Positions 1 to 6,880 of a stretch of 54,317 nt of DNA are shown in pieces. Location of the stretch: the IMG/VR virus record IMGVR_UViG_3300045988_074365, positions 1 through 54,317 of that record, one strand, 5' to 3'. A program made the translations under genes and the position numbers. The notes under the pieces were generated by a model, which ran no database searches, was not told the DNA's origin, and saw nothing but the letters and a program-made list of their open reading frames with translations. Each line of letters starts with the position of its first letter. The first letter of the stretch is position 1. Origin of the DNA: a virus.

Positions 1-119
1 TCTTTTTTTGCTATACCAAGTATAACGCTAGCGTTATATAATTACAATATCGGAAAATTATACAAATATAACGATAACAATATATATTTTTATGCAAAAT
101 GTATAACGATAACGTTACA
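1..119. repeat. terminal direct repeat, left copy
   Basis: 1..119 recurs at 54198..54317. The copies are identical except for one extra T in the right copy (TT at 42-43 versus TTT at 54239-54241). This implies a circular or terminally redundant unit of about 54.2 kb. Confidence 0.9.
21..119. promoter_or_regulatory. three operator-like dyads of the form TATAACG-N4-CGTTATA
   Basis: 21..38 tataacgctagcgttata is a perfect 18-bp palindrome. 67..84 tataacgataacaatata and 102..119 tataacgataacgttaca are imperfect copies. All lie upstream of the RHH gene at 180. Confidence 0.6.
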
Positions 120-121
120 TT

Positions 122-150
122 TTGACAAGAATATTTTTTTGTGATATTTT
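122..150 (+). promoter_or_regulatory. sigma70-like promoter candidate for the 180..401 gene
   Basis: TTGACA (122..127), 17-nt spacer, TATTTT (145..150). It directly abuts the 102..119 dyad. Confidence 0.4.
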
Positions 151-179
151 ATTAAAAAAGAAAAAATGGAGGGTTAAAA

Positions 180-401
180 ATGGCAACAAGTAAAGCACAG
201 ATCAGAGCAACGAGTAAATACGAGAGAAAAGCATATTTCAAAAGCCTTGTAAGATTTAAAAAGGAAGATGAGGAACGAATCAGAGCGGCGGCGGGTGATA
301 GCCTTAATGGCTTTATCGTGGCGGCTGTAATGGAGAAAGTACAGAAAATAGAAGAGGCAGAAGATCCAATCCTGGGAAGATCCGATGAATGCCCTTTTTA
401 A
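180..401 (+). CDS. small ribbon-helix-helix (CopG/Arc-like) DNA-binding protein with a C-terminal DECPF tip
   Basis: GGAGGG RBS 8 nt upstream of the ATG. The N-terminal basic strand (SKAQIRATSKYERKAY) followed by ...SLNGFIVAAVMEKV is RHH-like. Operator dyads lie upstream. Confidence 0.6.
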   Translation: MATSKAQIRATSKYERKAYFKSLVRFKKEDEERIRAAAGDSLNGFIVAAVMEKVQKIEEAEDPILGRSDECPF

Positions 402-428
402 ATAATTGATAAAATTTTAAAATATCGC

Positions 429-458
429 TTGACTATATAACGATAACGTGATATTATA
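429..458 (+). promoter_or_regulatory. promoter candidate with an embedded operator dyad
   Basis: TTGACT (429..434), 18-nt spacer, TATTAT (453..458). The spacer holds a fourth dyad, tataacgataacgtgata (436..453). Confidence 0.4.
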
Positions 459-506
459 AGAGTATCAAAAGAAAGGACCAGCCGCAGAGGTTGGAGGGTG
501 GAAATT

Positions 507-1001
507 ATGAAAGCATATTTTACAAGCGTTTATTGCAACGAGGACGGAGCCGGCGAGGTTCTGAGACATAAGACAGCAGAAGTAGCGAGGGAATACCTCG
601 GCAGCAGATGGGAACATCTGACAGACAGCGAGAAGAAAAAATATAAAACCGGTACTTATGATACTTTTAAAGCCTTTGAAGTTGAAGCAACAGCGGAACA
701 GCTGGAGCAGATAGAATCTGGCGACATTGCCGCGGAGGATTTAGAAACGGTAAATATTAAAAATTATCTGAAGCCGGTCTTGTATTACATAATCGACAAG
801 AGAGACAGGAACGCAGAAAGCGAGGCAAAGGCTTACGCATTCGAGGAATTAAAAGCCTGCTTCCAGCCACCGGAAGGCTTCCCGGAAGAATTAATTGAGG
901 AATGGGAAAACATAGCTGATTTATACGATTTACGCGAATTTTTGGAGCACGAAGCGGGCGGAATGGAGCAGCCCTACACATTCGAGACGGAAAACGAATA
1001 A
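507..1001 (+). CDS. hypothetical acidic protein
   Basis: GGAGGG RBS (493..498) 8 nt before the ATG at 507. The ORF track starts at a GTG at 498. No recognisable motif. Confidence 0.7.
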   Translation: MKAYFTSVYCNEDGAGEVLRHKTAEVAREYLGSRWEHLTDSEKKKYKTGTYDTFKAFEVEATAEQLEQIESGDIAAEDLETVNIKNYLKPVLYYIIDKRDRNAESEAKAYAFEELKACFQPPEGFPEELIEEWENIADLYDLREFLEHEAGGMEQPYTFETENE

Positions 1002-1011
1002 AACCAATTTA

Positions 1012-1042
1012 GACCCGGAGCCGTTCCGGGTCTTTTCTTTTT
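1012..1042 (+). terminator. rho-independent terminator
   Basis: 8-bp stem gacccgga/tccgggtc with a 5-nt loop, followed by ttttcttttt. Confidence 0.75.
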
Positions 1043-1110
1043 GCCCTGAATCGCCTTAAAAATGATTTTTCATTAATAGTATTATTCAAAATATTTTTAA
1101 TCGAAAAATT

Positions 1111-1197
1111 AGAGAAAGAAAAAAAGAAAAAAGACAGAAAGAAAAAGAAAGAAGCAAAGAAAAAGAAAGAAAGAAAAAATAAAAAAAGAAAGAGAGA
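1111..1197. repeat. polypurine (A/G) tract of about 87 bp
   Basis: agagaaagaaaaaaagaaaaaagacagaaagaaaaagaaagaagcaaag..., interrupted by only three pyrimidines. It lies between two terminators. Confidence 0.85.
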
Positions 1198-1295
1198 CCA
1201 TAGCAAAATTTTTTTCCGGCTTGATTTTTTCAAAAAAATAAATTATGATTTGACTAAATAAAACAGAAAGATAACACGTTACAGATAGAAAACAA

Positions 1296-1330
1296 ACACC
1301 GTTTGAAGTCCTGAAACGTGTTTTTTTTTT
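1296..1330 (+). terminator. rho-independent terminator
   Basis: Stem acac(c)gttt/aaacgtgt with a 9-nt loop, followed by T10 (1321..1330). Confidence 0.7.
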
Positions 1331-1358
1331 AATTTATAGCGGAAAGGAGCGGAACAAG

Positions 1359-2036
1359 ATGGATAAAATAGAAGACTTTAACGATAGCGAAGAAATTTTT
1401 GAAAATGATATAGATTTATATTTTAATGAATTTTGCGAAAAAGAAAAAATTGAAAGCATGGCAGCGGCTCCGCAATCCCTTTTTTATGCCGCCTTGATTT
1501 ATGTATATAACAATACTTTTAAAGGCACTAATAGGTTAAAATTAAAGGGTAAATTACAGGGATATAATAATAATAATTATAATAATCAATATAGTAATAT
1601 AAATAATAGTAATTGTAATAGTTATAATTATGAGTATCTTAATTATATAGCAGATTATTATATATATATGTGTTATAAGTATAATAAAATATGTACTATA
1701 TCAGGATATTGTAAATTAACAGGGATAAATGAGGTGGTCGTATACAATTGGGCTAATGAACGAACGAAAGCGGATAGATTAAGCACGTCGGCTTATGATT
1801 TGTGGGAAAAATTGGCTAAAGATTACGAAGCTAGCGGAGAGGCGCGGCTCTGGTCCGGTAAAAATCCGGTCGGGCAGCTTGCGGTTATGAATCGCCGTTT
1901 TGGTTGGAACCTTCCTGGTGTGAGTAGAGAAAGCTCTAGCAAAACAGCTCTAACAGCCGCAGAAATACGCCAACAGCTCCAAAACTCCGCCGATAGTGCT
2001 TTATTGTCTGACAATTTGAGCCAAAAAGACCCATAA
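1359..2036 (+). CDS. terminase small-subunit-like protein with an internal Asn/Tyr-rich low-complexity insertion
   Basis: AAGGAG RBS. The C-terminal part (CKLTGINEVVVYNWANE...SGKNPVGQLAVMNRRFGWN) resembles TerS families. The insertion is encoded by an extremely AT-rich stretch at about 1555..1710. Confidence 0.55.
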   Translation: MDKIEDFNDSEEIFENDIDLYFNEFCEKEKIESMAAAPQSLFYAALIYVYNNTFKGTNRLKLKGKLQGYNNNNYNNQYSNINNSNCNSYNYEYLNYIADYYIYMCYKYNKICTISGYCKLTGINEVVVYNWANERTKADRLSTSAYDLWEKLAKDYEASGEARLWSGKNPVGQLAVMNRRFGWNLPGVSRESSSKTALTAAEIRQQLQNSADSALLSDNLSQKDP

Positions 2037-2352
2037 AATCGCTAATATTAACGTTTTGATGTCGCAAAATAAAGATTTTGCGACGTACTAACCGAATAAA
2101 TCAAGTATATTGATATATTTTATTCCGTGGGTGTAGCAATACACCCACAACGGCAACACCTGGAGCATAGACCGGGGAGGGGGTTTATAAAATAGCCCAA
2201 TACGCCGCCACTTAGTCCCTCAAATATTCTCAAAAATAAAAAGCCTATATACATACTTGCAATATACATAACTTTTATATATAATACATATATCTACAAT
2301 TCTGATAGGATAATCTATACATATTACCCCTTTATAAATTAAATAATTAAAT

Positions 2353-2424
2353 AGCTCTATCGCCAAGTGGTAAGGCACAGCACTTTGACTGCTGCATACG
2401 TTGGTCCGAATCCAACTAGGGCTG
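2353..2424 (+). tRNA. tRNA-Gln (anticodon TTG)
   Basis: Full cloverleaf folded by hand. Acceptor agctcta/tagggct with one G-U pair, D arm tcgccaagtggtaaggca, anticodon arm cagca-ctTTGac-tgctg, T arm gttgg-tccgaat-ccaac. Confidence 0.85.
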
Positions 2425-2590
2425 CTTAGCTGTTTGACAGCTAATACCATAAGACCCCTTAAAATATTTATTCACCCATGCAATTTAAAAGGTTGCCGGG
2501 GAGTTTCAAGGCTCCCAATGGGTTTAGTCCGTAATTGGGACATACGGACAGACGCATTTTTCTCCTTAATAAGTTAAAATTAATCTGGTT

Positions 2591-2647
2591 GGGGATATAG
2601 TTTAAATGGCAAAACTTTTAATACAGGTCCGATTCCTGCTATCCCTA
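2591..2647 (+). ncRNA. tRNA-like element lacking an anticodon arm (57 nt)
   Basis: 7-bp acceptor ggggata/tatccct, good D arm gttt-aaatggca-aaac, T arm cagg-tccgatt-cctg. Only 7 nt (ttttaat) sit where the anticodon arm and variable loop should be. Confidence 0.5.
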
Positions 2648-2650
2648 CTA

Positions 2651-2674
2651 GCCTAGAAATAGGCAAGTTTTTTT
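2651..2674 (+). terminator. rho-independent terminator
   Basis: gccta-gaaa-taggc hairpin followed by aag and T7. Confidence 0.7.
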
Positions 2675-2742
2675 CATAACAGTACCCCTTTTATGTGAAA
2701 ATCAACCCTACAGGTGTAGACCGTTACAGGCGGTATAATCCT

Positions 2743-2832
2743 GGGGAAGCGGCAACGATTGGCGGTGTTGCGGCTGACTGTAAATTAGTTCCCACGCGGT
2801 AAACAATAGAGGTTCGATTCCTCCCTTCCCCA
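2743..2832 (+). tRNA. tRNA-Tyr (anticodon GTA), type II with a long variable arm
   Basis: Acceptor ggggaag/cttcccc, D stem gcaa/ttgc, anticodon arm gctga-ctGTAaa-ttagt, T arm (a)gagg-ttcgatt-cctc(c). Confidence 0.8.
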
Positions 2833-2989
2833 TTGGTAATGTTGCCAGTACACCCCTAGTGTGTTTATTAGAGAAATGCAGGTACTAATCAATATTCCGG
2901 ATAAACTTAGTACAGGGAACTGGATTGAGCCGCTTGCGGCTGACTAAAAAATCCTTGGGTGGGGACAACCAAGTAAAAACCCACCACGT

Positions 2990-3072
2990 GCCGATATGGG
3001 ATAATGGTATTCTAGTAGCTTGCTAAGCTATCCAACAGAAATGTTGTTCGTGTTCGATTCACGATGTCGGCG
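2990..3072 (+). tRNA. tRNA-Ser (anticodon GCT), type II
   Basis: Acceptor gccgata/tgtcggc, anticodon arm gtagc-ttGCTaa-gctat, variable stem caac/gttg, T arm tcgtg-ttcgatt-cacga. Confidence 0.8.
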
Positions 3073-3321
3073 CTCTTACGTGTAAACAGAAAAGAGAAAT
3101 AAGTTGTTGGTTATCTAATTTCTCTAAAACCATCTACATGTGAGTTGATGTGTGATGGAATGGGTAAACATTAATTGATGGTTAAGAAAACGGTGTGCAT
3201 CAAGAATTGCTATTAACAAGTCTGGTAAATAGCTGTAAGCAATTACACCAATAAATCCGTTAGAAAATAAAAATCCATTTATCCCTATTCGTAGGTGCAG
3301 ACTAACTAACGGAATTTCATG

Positions 3322-3346
3322 TGTGGTTCAAATCCACACCACATCA
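3322..3346 (+). other. isolated tRNA T-arm plus 3' acceptor strand
   Basis: tgtgg-ttcaaat-ccaca followed by ccacatc-a. No matching 5' acceptor strand within 60 nt. The only complement (tgatgtg) is at 3146..3152. Confidence 0.45.
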
Positions 3347-3353
3347 ATTATAG

Positions 3354-3422
3354 CGGATAGTTCAAACGGAGATACCTCTTGACGACATCAAGAGGTCACA
3401 GGTTCAATTCCTGTCTATCCGA
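3354..3422 (+). ncRNA. aberrant tRNA-like element (69 nt)
   Basis: Perfect acceptor cggatag/ctatccg and T arm acagg-ttcaatt-cctgt. The central hairpin has a 7-bp stem (cctcttg/caagagg) with loop acgacat (C at position 33), and no convincing D arm. Confidence 0.45.
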
Positions 3423-3441
3423 TTATCAAAAATAAGGAGAT

Positions 3442-3642
3442 ATGTCTATGGCGCAAGGAGTTAAAACACGGGACATTGATAAGTTCTCGGAGGGTGTAGC
3501 AAAATACTTAAACAGGGAATGTAGTCAGGTTAAGGCAGCAGAGATAGCCGGAATGAGTGTTCCGACTTTTATGAAGTATGTGAATAAATTCTTAACCGGC
3601 GAAGAATTACCGGACACATTATTTACGCCAAGGAAAAGATAA
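3442..3642 (+). CDS. small helix-turn-helix protein
   Basis: AAGGAG RBS. The second ATG at 3448 has better spacing. CSQVKAAEIAGMSVPTFMKYV looks like an HTH. Confidence 0.7.
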   Translation: MSMAQGVKTRDIDKFSEGVAKYLNRECSQVKAAEIAGMSVPTFMKYVNKFLTGEELPDTLFTPRKR

Positions 3643-3658
3643 CTAGGAGGGATGTAAT

Positions 3659-3847
3659 ATGTGTGAATTTTGTGAAGATATAGCAACAAACAATGATGAA
3701 TATATGAAAAAAAGATACGCCGGTGGAGATTTTATCTGCAAAGATGAAGATGGATTCGGAGTGCTGATTGACACAGGAGATAGTGGTTGTCTTGGATATA
3801 TAAAAATTAACTATTGCCCTATTTGCGGTAGAAAGTTGGTGCAGTAA
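3659..3847 (+). CDS. small zinc-ribbon protein
   Basis: AGGAGG RBS. CxxC at the N terminus and CPICG at the C terminus. Confidence 0.7.
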   Translation: MCEFCEDIATNNDEYMKKRYAGGDFICKDEDGFGVLIDTGDSGCLGYIKINYCPICGRKLVQ

Positions 3848-4116
3848 TGGCAGAACCTTTAAGTAAATTAGCAGAAAAATGTAAAAGTTGTCCTAAATCT
3901 GAAAAATGCGACCATAAAAGAATGGAGTTATGCGCTTTAGCGGATTTGCCGCAACAAAATCTTGCAAGTGCTACGCAAGGCATTTTGATAGATGCGGCAA
4001 TGCCAGCTTTAAGGGAAGAAATAAAAAGCCCTTTAAGTCCGTTTAGGTGCAAAGACGAATTAGAAAAAGCACTAAATGATTTCCATTTTGGAAATATGTT
4101 TATGAATGGTGCTTAG
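3847..4116 (+). CDS. hypothetical protein
   Basis: TAATG stop/start overlap with the previous gene. No motif. Confidence 0.6.
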   Translation: MAEPLSKLAEKCKSCPKSEKCDHKRMELCALADLPQQNLASATQGILIDAAMPALREEIKSPLSPFRCKDELEKALNDFHFGNMFMNGA

Positions 4117-4131
4117 AAAGTTAATGTAGAA

Positions 4132-4386
4132 ATGAATGAATTTTTAAAATTTTTTGATGATAAAGCAAAAGACTTCCCGATGCATCTTAAAATTACTTAT
4201 AGCAAAATATGCGATTGGAATATTTTGATTTACAAAAAAGGTTGTGCTGATGATTACTCTGAAGCTAAGTGTAATGGCGAAGATGTAATAATTGTCAATG
4301 AAAGTAGTTGCGACATGGAACTTTGCTTTGCTAAAGCACATGTAAAACTGAAAGAATGGCTTTTGGAATTTAATGGCGGATATTAA
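4132..4386 (+). CDS. hypothetical protein
   Basis: ORF in the same operon with tight spacing. Confidence 0.6.
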   Translation: MNEFLKFFDDKAKDFPMHLKITYSKICDWNILIYKKGCADDYSEAKCNGEDVIIVNESSCDMELCFAKAHVKLKEWLLEFNGGY

Positions 4387-4398
4387 GGAGGTGGAAGA

Positions 4399-4671
4399 AT
4401 GAGTAATATACATAAATTCAAAGTAGAACCAATAAGTCAGGAATGTGCTAAAGTTACACTTGATGGTAAACAGTGGCTGTGCACTTCGTATAAAATAGAA
4501 CATTATGCCGGAAGCCTTCCAAAGGTCGATATAAACCTTGTTGCTGAGGTGCAATATGAGCAAAATGCAGAAATTAGCATCGCAAACTTGGATAAAATAG
4601 CTTCACTGATGGACAAGAAAACATTCAAGGAATTTTGCAGAGCTTGGGAGGATATTCACGATGAAACATAA
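4399..4671 (+). CDS. hypothetical protein
   Basis: AAGGAGG RBS. Confidence 0.7.
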   Translation: MSNIHKFKVEPISQECAKVTLDGKQWLCTSYKIEHYAGSLPKVDINLVAEVQYEQNAEISIANLDKIASLMDKKTFKEFCRAWEDIHDET

Positions 4672-4831
4672 TAAAGAATGGCACACTTGCGACAGGTGTG
4701 GTGTAGAAATTAAAAAAGGAATACTGTGTGGAAATTCGATTACAAGGAATGGTGTTTTAAATGTCACATACGACTTGTGCCATGAATGTATGGAAGATTT
4801 TGAGGAGTTTATGAGCAATAAACAGGGATAA
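4661..4831 (+). CDS. small zinc-ribbon protein (56 aa, below the ORF-track cutoff)
   Basis: The ATG at 4661 overlaps the previous gene end. Translation MKHNKEWHTCDRCG...CHEC has two CxxC pairs and fills an otherwise empty gap. Confidence 0.5.
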   Translation: MKHNKEWHTCDRCGVEIKKGILCGNSITRNGVLNVTYDLCHECMEDFEEFMSNKQG

Positions 4832-4881
4832 AACTGCCATATTGACAGAGGGCATAAAAATAAATTGTTAGGAGTGATTGA

Positions 4882-5199
4882 ATGAAATTAAAGGTAAAGA
4901 AAAATATAATAGTTTTACCATTCACGAAAGGCGATAAGTATTATTTAATACAATTTAATTATAGCATAACAGAACGTGAAAACAGGTATGACCATGTTAC
5001 AAATAGACCTATTGCTTTTGCAAAAAGTAAAATTTCTGGGTATCAAATAATTGAAAGAGAATGGACATCTTATTGGGAAATTGTGCAAGCCATTGAACAT
5101 AACTTGGTTGGAAAAGAATATTTTGTAAGCGAAGAAAATGCGATTAAAGCAGCAGAGGAAGAAATGAAAAAAGGTAAAGTATCGCAGGTGGTTTTATGA
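4882..5199 (+). CDS. hypothetical protein
   Basis: TAGGAG RBS. Confidence 0.7.
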   Translation: MKLKVKKNIIVLPFTKGDKYYLIQFNYSITERENRYDHVTNRPIAFAKSKISGYQIIEREWTSYWEIVQAIEHNLVGKEYFVSEENAIKAAEEEMKKGKVSQVVL

Positions 5200-5510
5200 A
5201 GTATACAGATACAAAGATTTGTAGCGGATATAGCCACGAACCAAAACCTTGTGAGCATATAATGAAATGTGACCTTTGTACTGGTCCCTTTGTTGATACA
5301 AACGGAAATGAACGATATGTATGCGGTCCAGGAGTTACAGATTTTAAATGTAAAAGAGATAATCCAAACTGGAAACCTTTGACAAAGCAACAATTTATTG
5401 AATTATACAAACAAATGCCGGATAGGACAGATATAAGCATTGGAGAATTGCTCGAAAAAGCAATAATTGATGGAATTATGGAGGGCAACAATGATGGAAT
5501 TTCAATATAG
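5196..5510 (+). CDS. hypothetical Cys-rich protein
   Basis: ATGA overlap with the upstream gene. Confidence 0.65.
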   Translation: MKYTDTKICSGYSHEPKPCEHIMKCDLCTGPFVDTNGNERYVCGPGVTDFKCKRDNPNWKPLTKQQFIELYKQMPDRTDISIGELLEKAIIDGIMEGNNDGISI

Positions 5511-5964
5511 AAAAATGGCACAGGAGATAGCTAACATGGCATTAGACAATGCCACAATTAACAATATTCCGTTTTGTGAATGGATTGATAATGTAAGTAA
5601 TGCTTATACAAATAAAAAGTGTAATCTGACTTCTTGCCGATACAATGCAGATGTCAAGTGTACCAATGACGAGAAGAGAAAAGAATGTGTTGAGGTATCA
5701 GAAAAAGTGTTGTGCATTGATAAGAAAACATTCAGAAAAATTGATAATGTTAAACATATCGGCGATGATGATGGCAAACCGATAGAAACATCTGAATTTC
5801 ACGATATGACTATTGGCATTGATGTTTCAGTTGATGCAGTAAATGAGTATGCAAAATCAATTCTAGGCAGATACCCGAAAAATAATTATGAATTTTCAAG
5901 AGCATTAGAAATAAAAATCCTAGAGGAAACAAAATCATTAGCGAATAGTGAAGAAAAGGAGTGA
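5491..5964 (+). CDS. hypothetical protein
   Basis: GGAGGG RBS before the ATG at 5491. The ORF track opens at 5467. Confidence 0.65.
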   Translation: MMEFQYRKMAQEIANMALDNATINNIPFCEWIDNVSNAYTNKKCNLTSCRYNADVKCTNDEKRKECVEVSEKVLCIDKKTFRKIDNVKHIGDDDGKPIETSEFHDMTIGIDVSVDAVNEYAKSILGRYPKNNYEFSRALEIKILEETKSLANSEEKE

Positions 5965-5968
5965 GATT

Positions 5969-6352
5969 ATGTTAATAGTCGCATTACAAGATGATGTAGA
6001 TAACCTATATGCTATATGGAATACAGTTACAGACCGATTTTTAGGAGTTAATCTTGGAAAATATGAAGCTGTCGGAATTATTATGGATTACAAGGAAAAT
6101 GACACCTTTGAAGAAGCATTAGACAGAGTAGAACACCAACAGCCGTTTATGGATATCGCTAAGTATTTATGCGATGGGTTTTACGATAGCAGAGCCAAAG
6201 AGTGGCTTTTGACAGAAATCAAAATAACGAACGCACGAAAGTGTATGTATTCAGAATGTTTTGATGGTGTTCCTGTTGATAATGAAACAAGAATTAAATT
6301 ATGTGAAAGCCATATAAGATTTTGCGAAAAAGTTATTGAACAATTAAGATGA
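5969..6352 (+). CDS. hypothetical protein
   Basis: AAGGAG RBS before the ATG at 5969. The ORF track opens at 5948. Confidence 0.65.
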   Translation: MLIVALQDDVDNLYAIWNTVTDRFLGVNLGKYEAVGIIMDYKENDTFEEALDRVEHQQPFMDIAKYLCDGFYDSRAKEWLLTEIKITNARKCMYSECFDGVPVDNETRIKLCESHIRFCEKVIEQLR

Positions 6353-6388
6353 ACAATGATTGCTGATTATCAGCGGAAAGGAATTTTT

Positions 6389-6777
6389 ATGAAAAAATTA
6401 TTTGTAAGTGTGCCGATGAAAGGCAGAACAGAGGAAGAAATTAAGACAAGCATTCAGAAGATGAAGAAAATTGCTGAAATATACGAGGGCGAAGAGTTAG
6501 AGTTTATCGACAGCCACATTGAGGATAATCCACCTAAAGACAGCAAAGAAGCTGTATGGTATTTAGGAGAAAGCCTTAAGAAACTGGCACAGGCTGTGAT
6601 GCGTTTATCGGAATATGTGAAAGCTATGATTGGAATGGCTGCCATATTGAAAGACAGACTGCGGAAATATATGGCATTAAAGCATATATGATTCCGGTAA
6701 GGTATGTAATTGACGATTATAATGCACTTGTGCAGAAATTACATCCGATTTGCAATGACGCAATGCCAACAATCTAA
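6389..6777 (+). pseudogene. DUF4406 / nucleoside 2-deoxyribosyltransferase-like gene with an apparent frameshift near 6587..6595
   Basis: Frame 2 gives MKKLFVSVPMKGRTEEEI...AVWYLGESLKKLA, then drifts to a stop at 6691. The -1 frame is open from 6580 to 6777 and reads ...GCDAFIGICESYDWNGCHIERQTAEIYGIKAY, the expected C-terminal half of this fold. Confidence 0.5.
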
Positions 6778-6880
6778 CAATATATTTACCGGCTAACAAA
6801 TGGAGTTAGTCGCTAACCTAGAAAAATTATAGGCAGAGGTCTATAAGCACCTTTGCTGAAAAGTGGAGGTGCTTTTCTTT

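Noticed and set aside
1009-1233. 74-aa minus-strand ORF (MKKSSRKKILLWSLFLFLFFLSFFFF...)
   Set aside because: It is the antisense reading of the polypurine tract. It is pure low complexity, has no RBS, and lies between two + strand terminators.
2734-2739. TATAAT box just upstream of tRNA-Tyr as its promoter
   Set aside because: It lies only 4 nt before the mature 5' end and has no acceptable -35 element.
2040-3440. Suppressor tRNA / stop-codon recoding, and small self-cleaving ribozymes (HDV-like or hammerhead) next to the tRNAs
   Set aside because: All three stop codons terminate well-supported genes across the genome, and no canonical tRNA has a CTA, TTA or TCA anticodon. I could not build a convincing nested double pseudoknot or find a CUGAUGA...GAAA core by eye. 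This needs covariance-model searches.
6819-6880. 8-bp hairpin aagcacct/aggtgctt that sequesters the terL Shine-Dalgarno sequence, as a translational switch
   Set aside because: It could equally be the terminator of the upstream gene. There is no supporting alternative structure.
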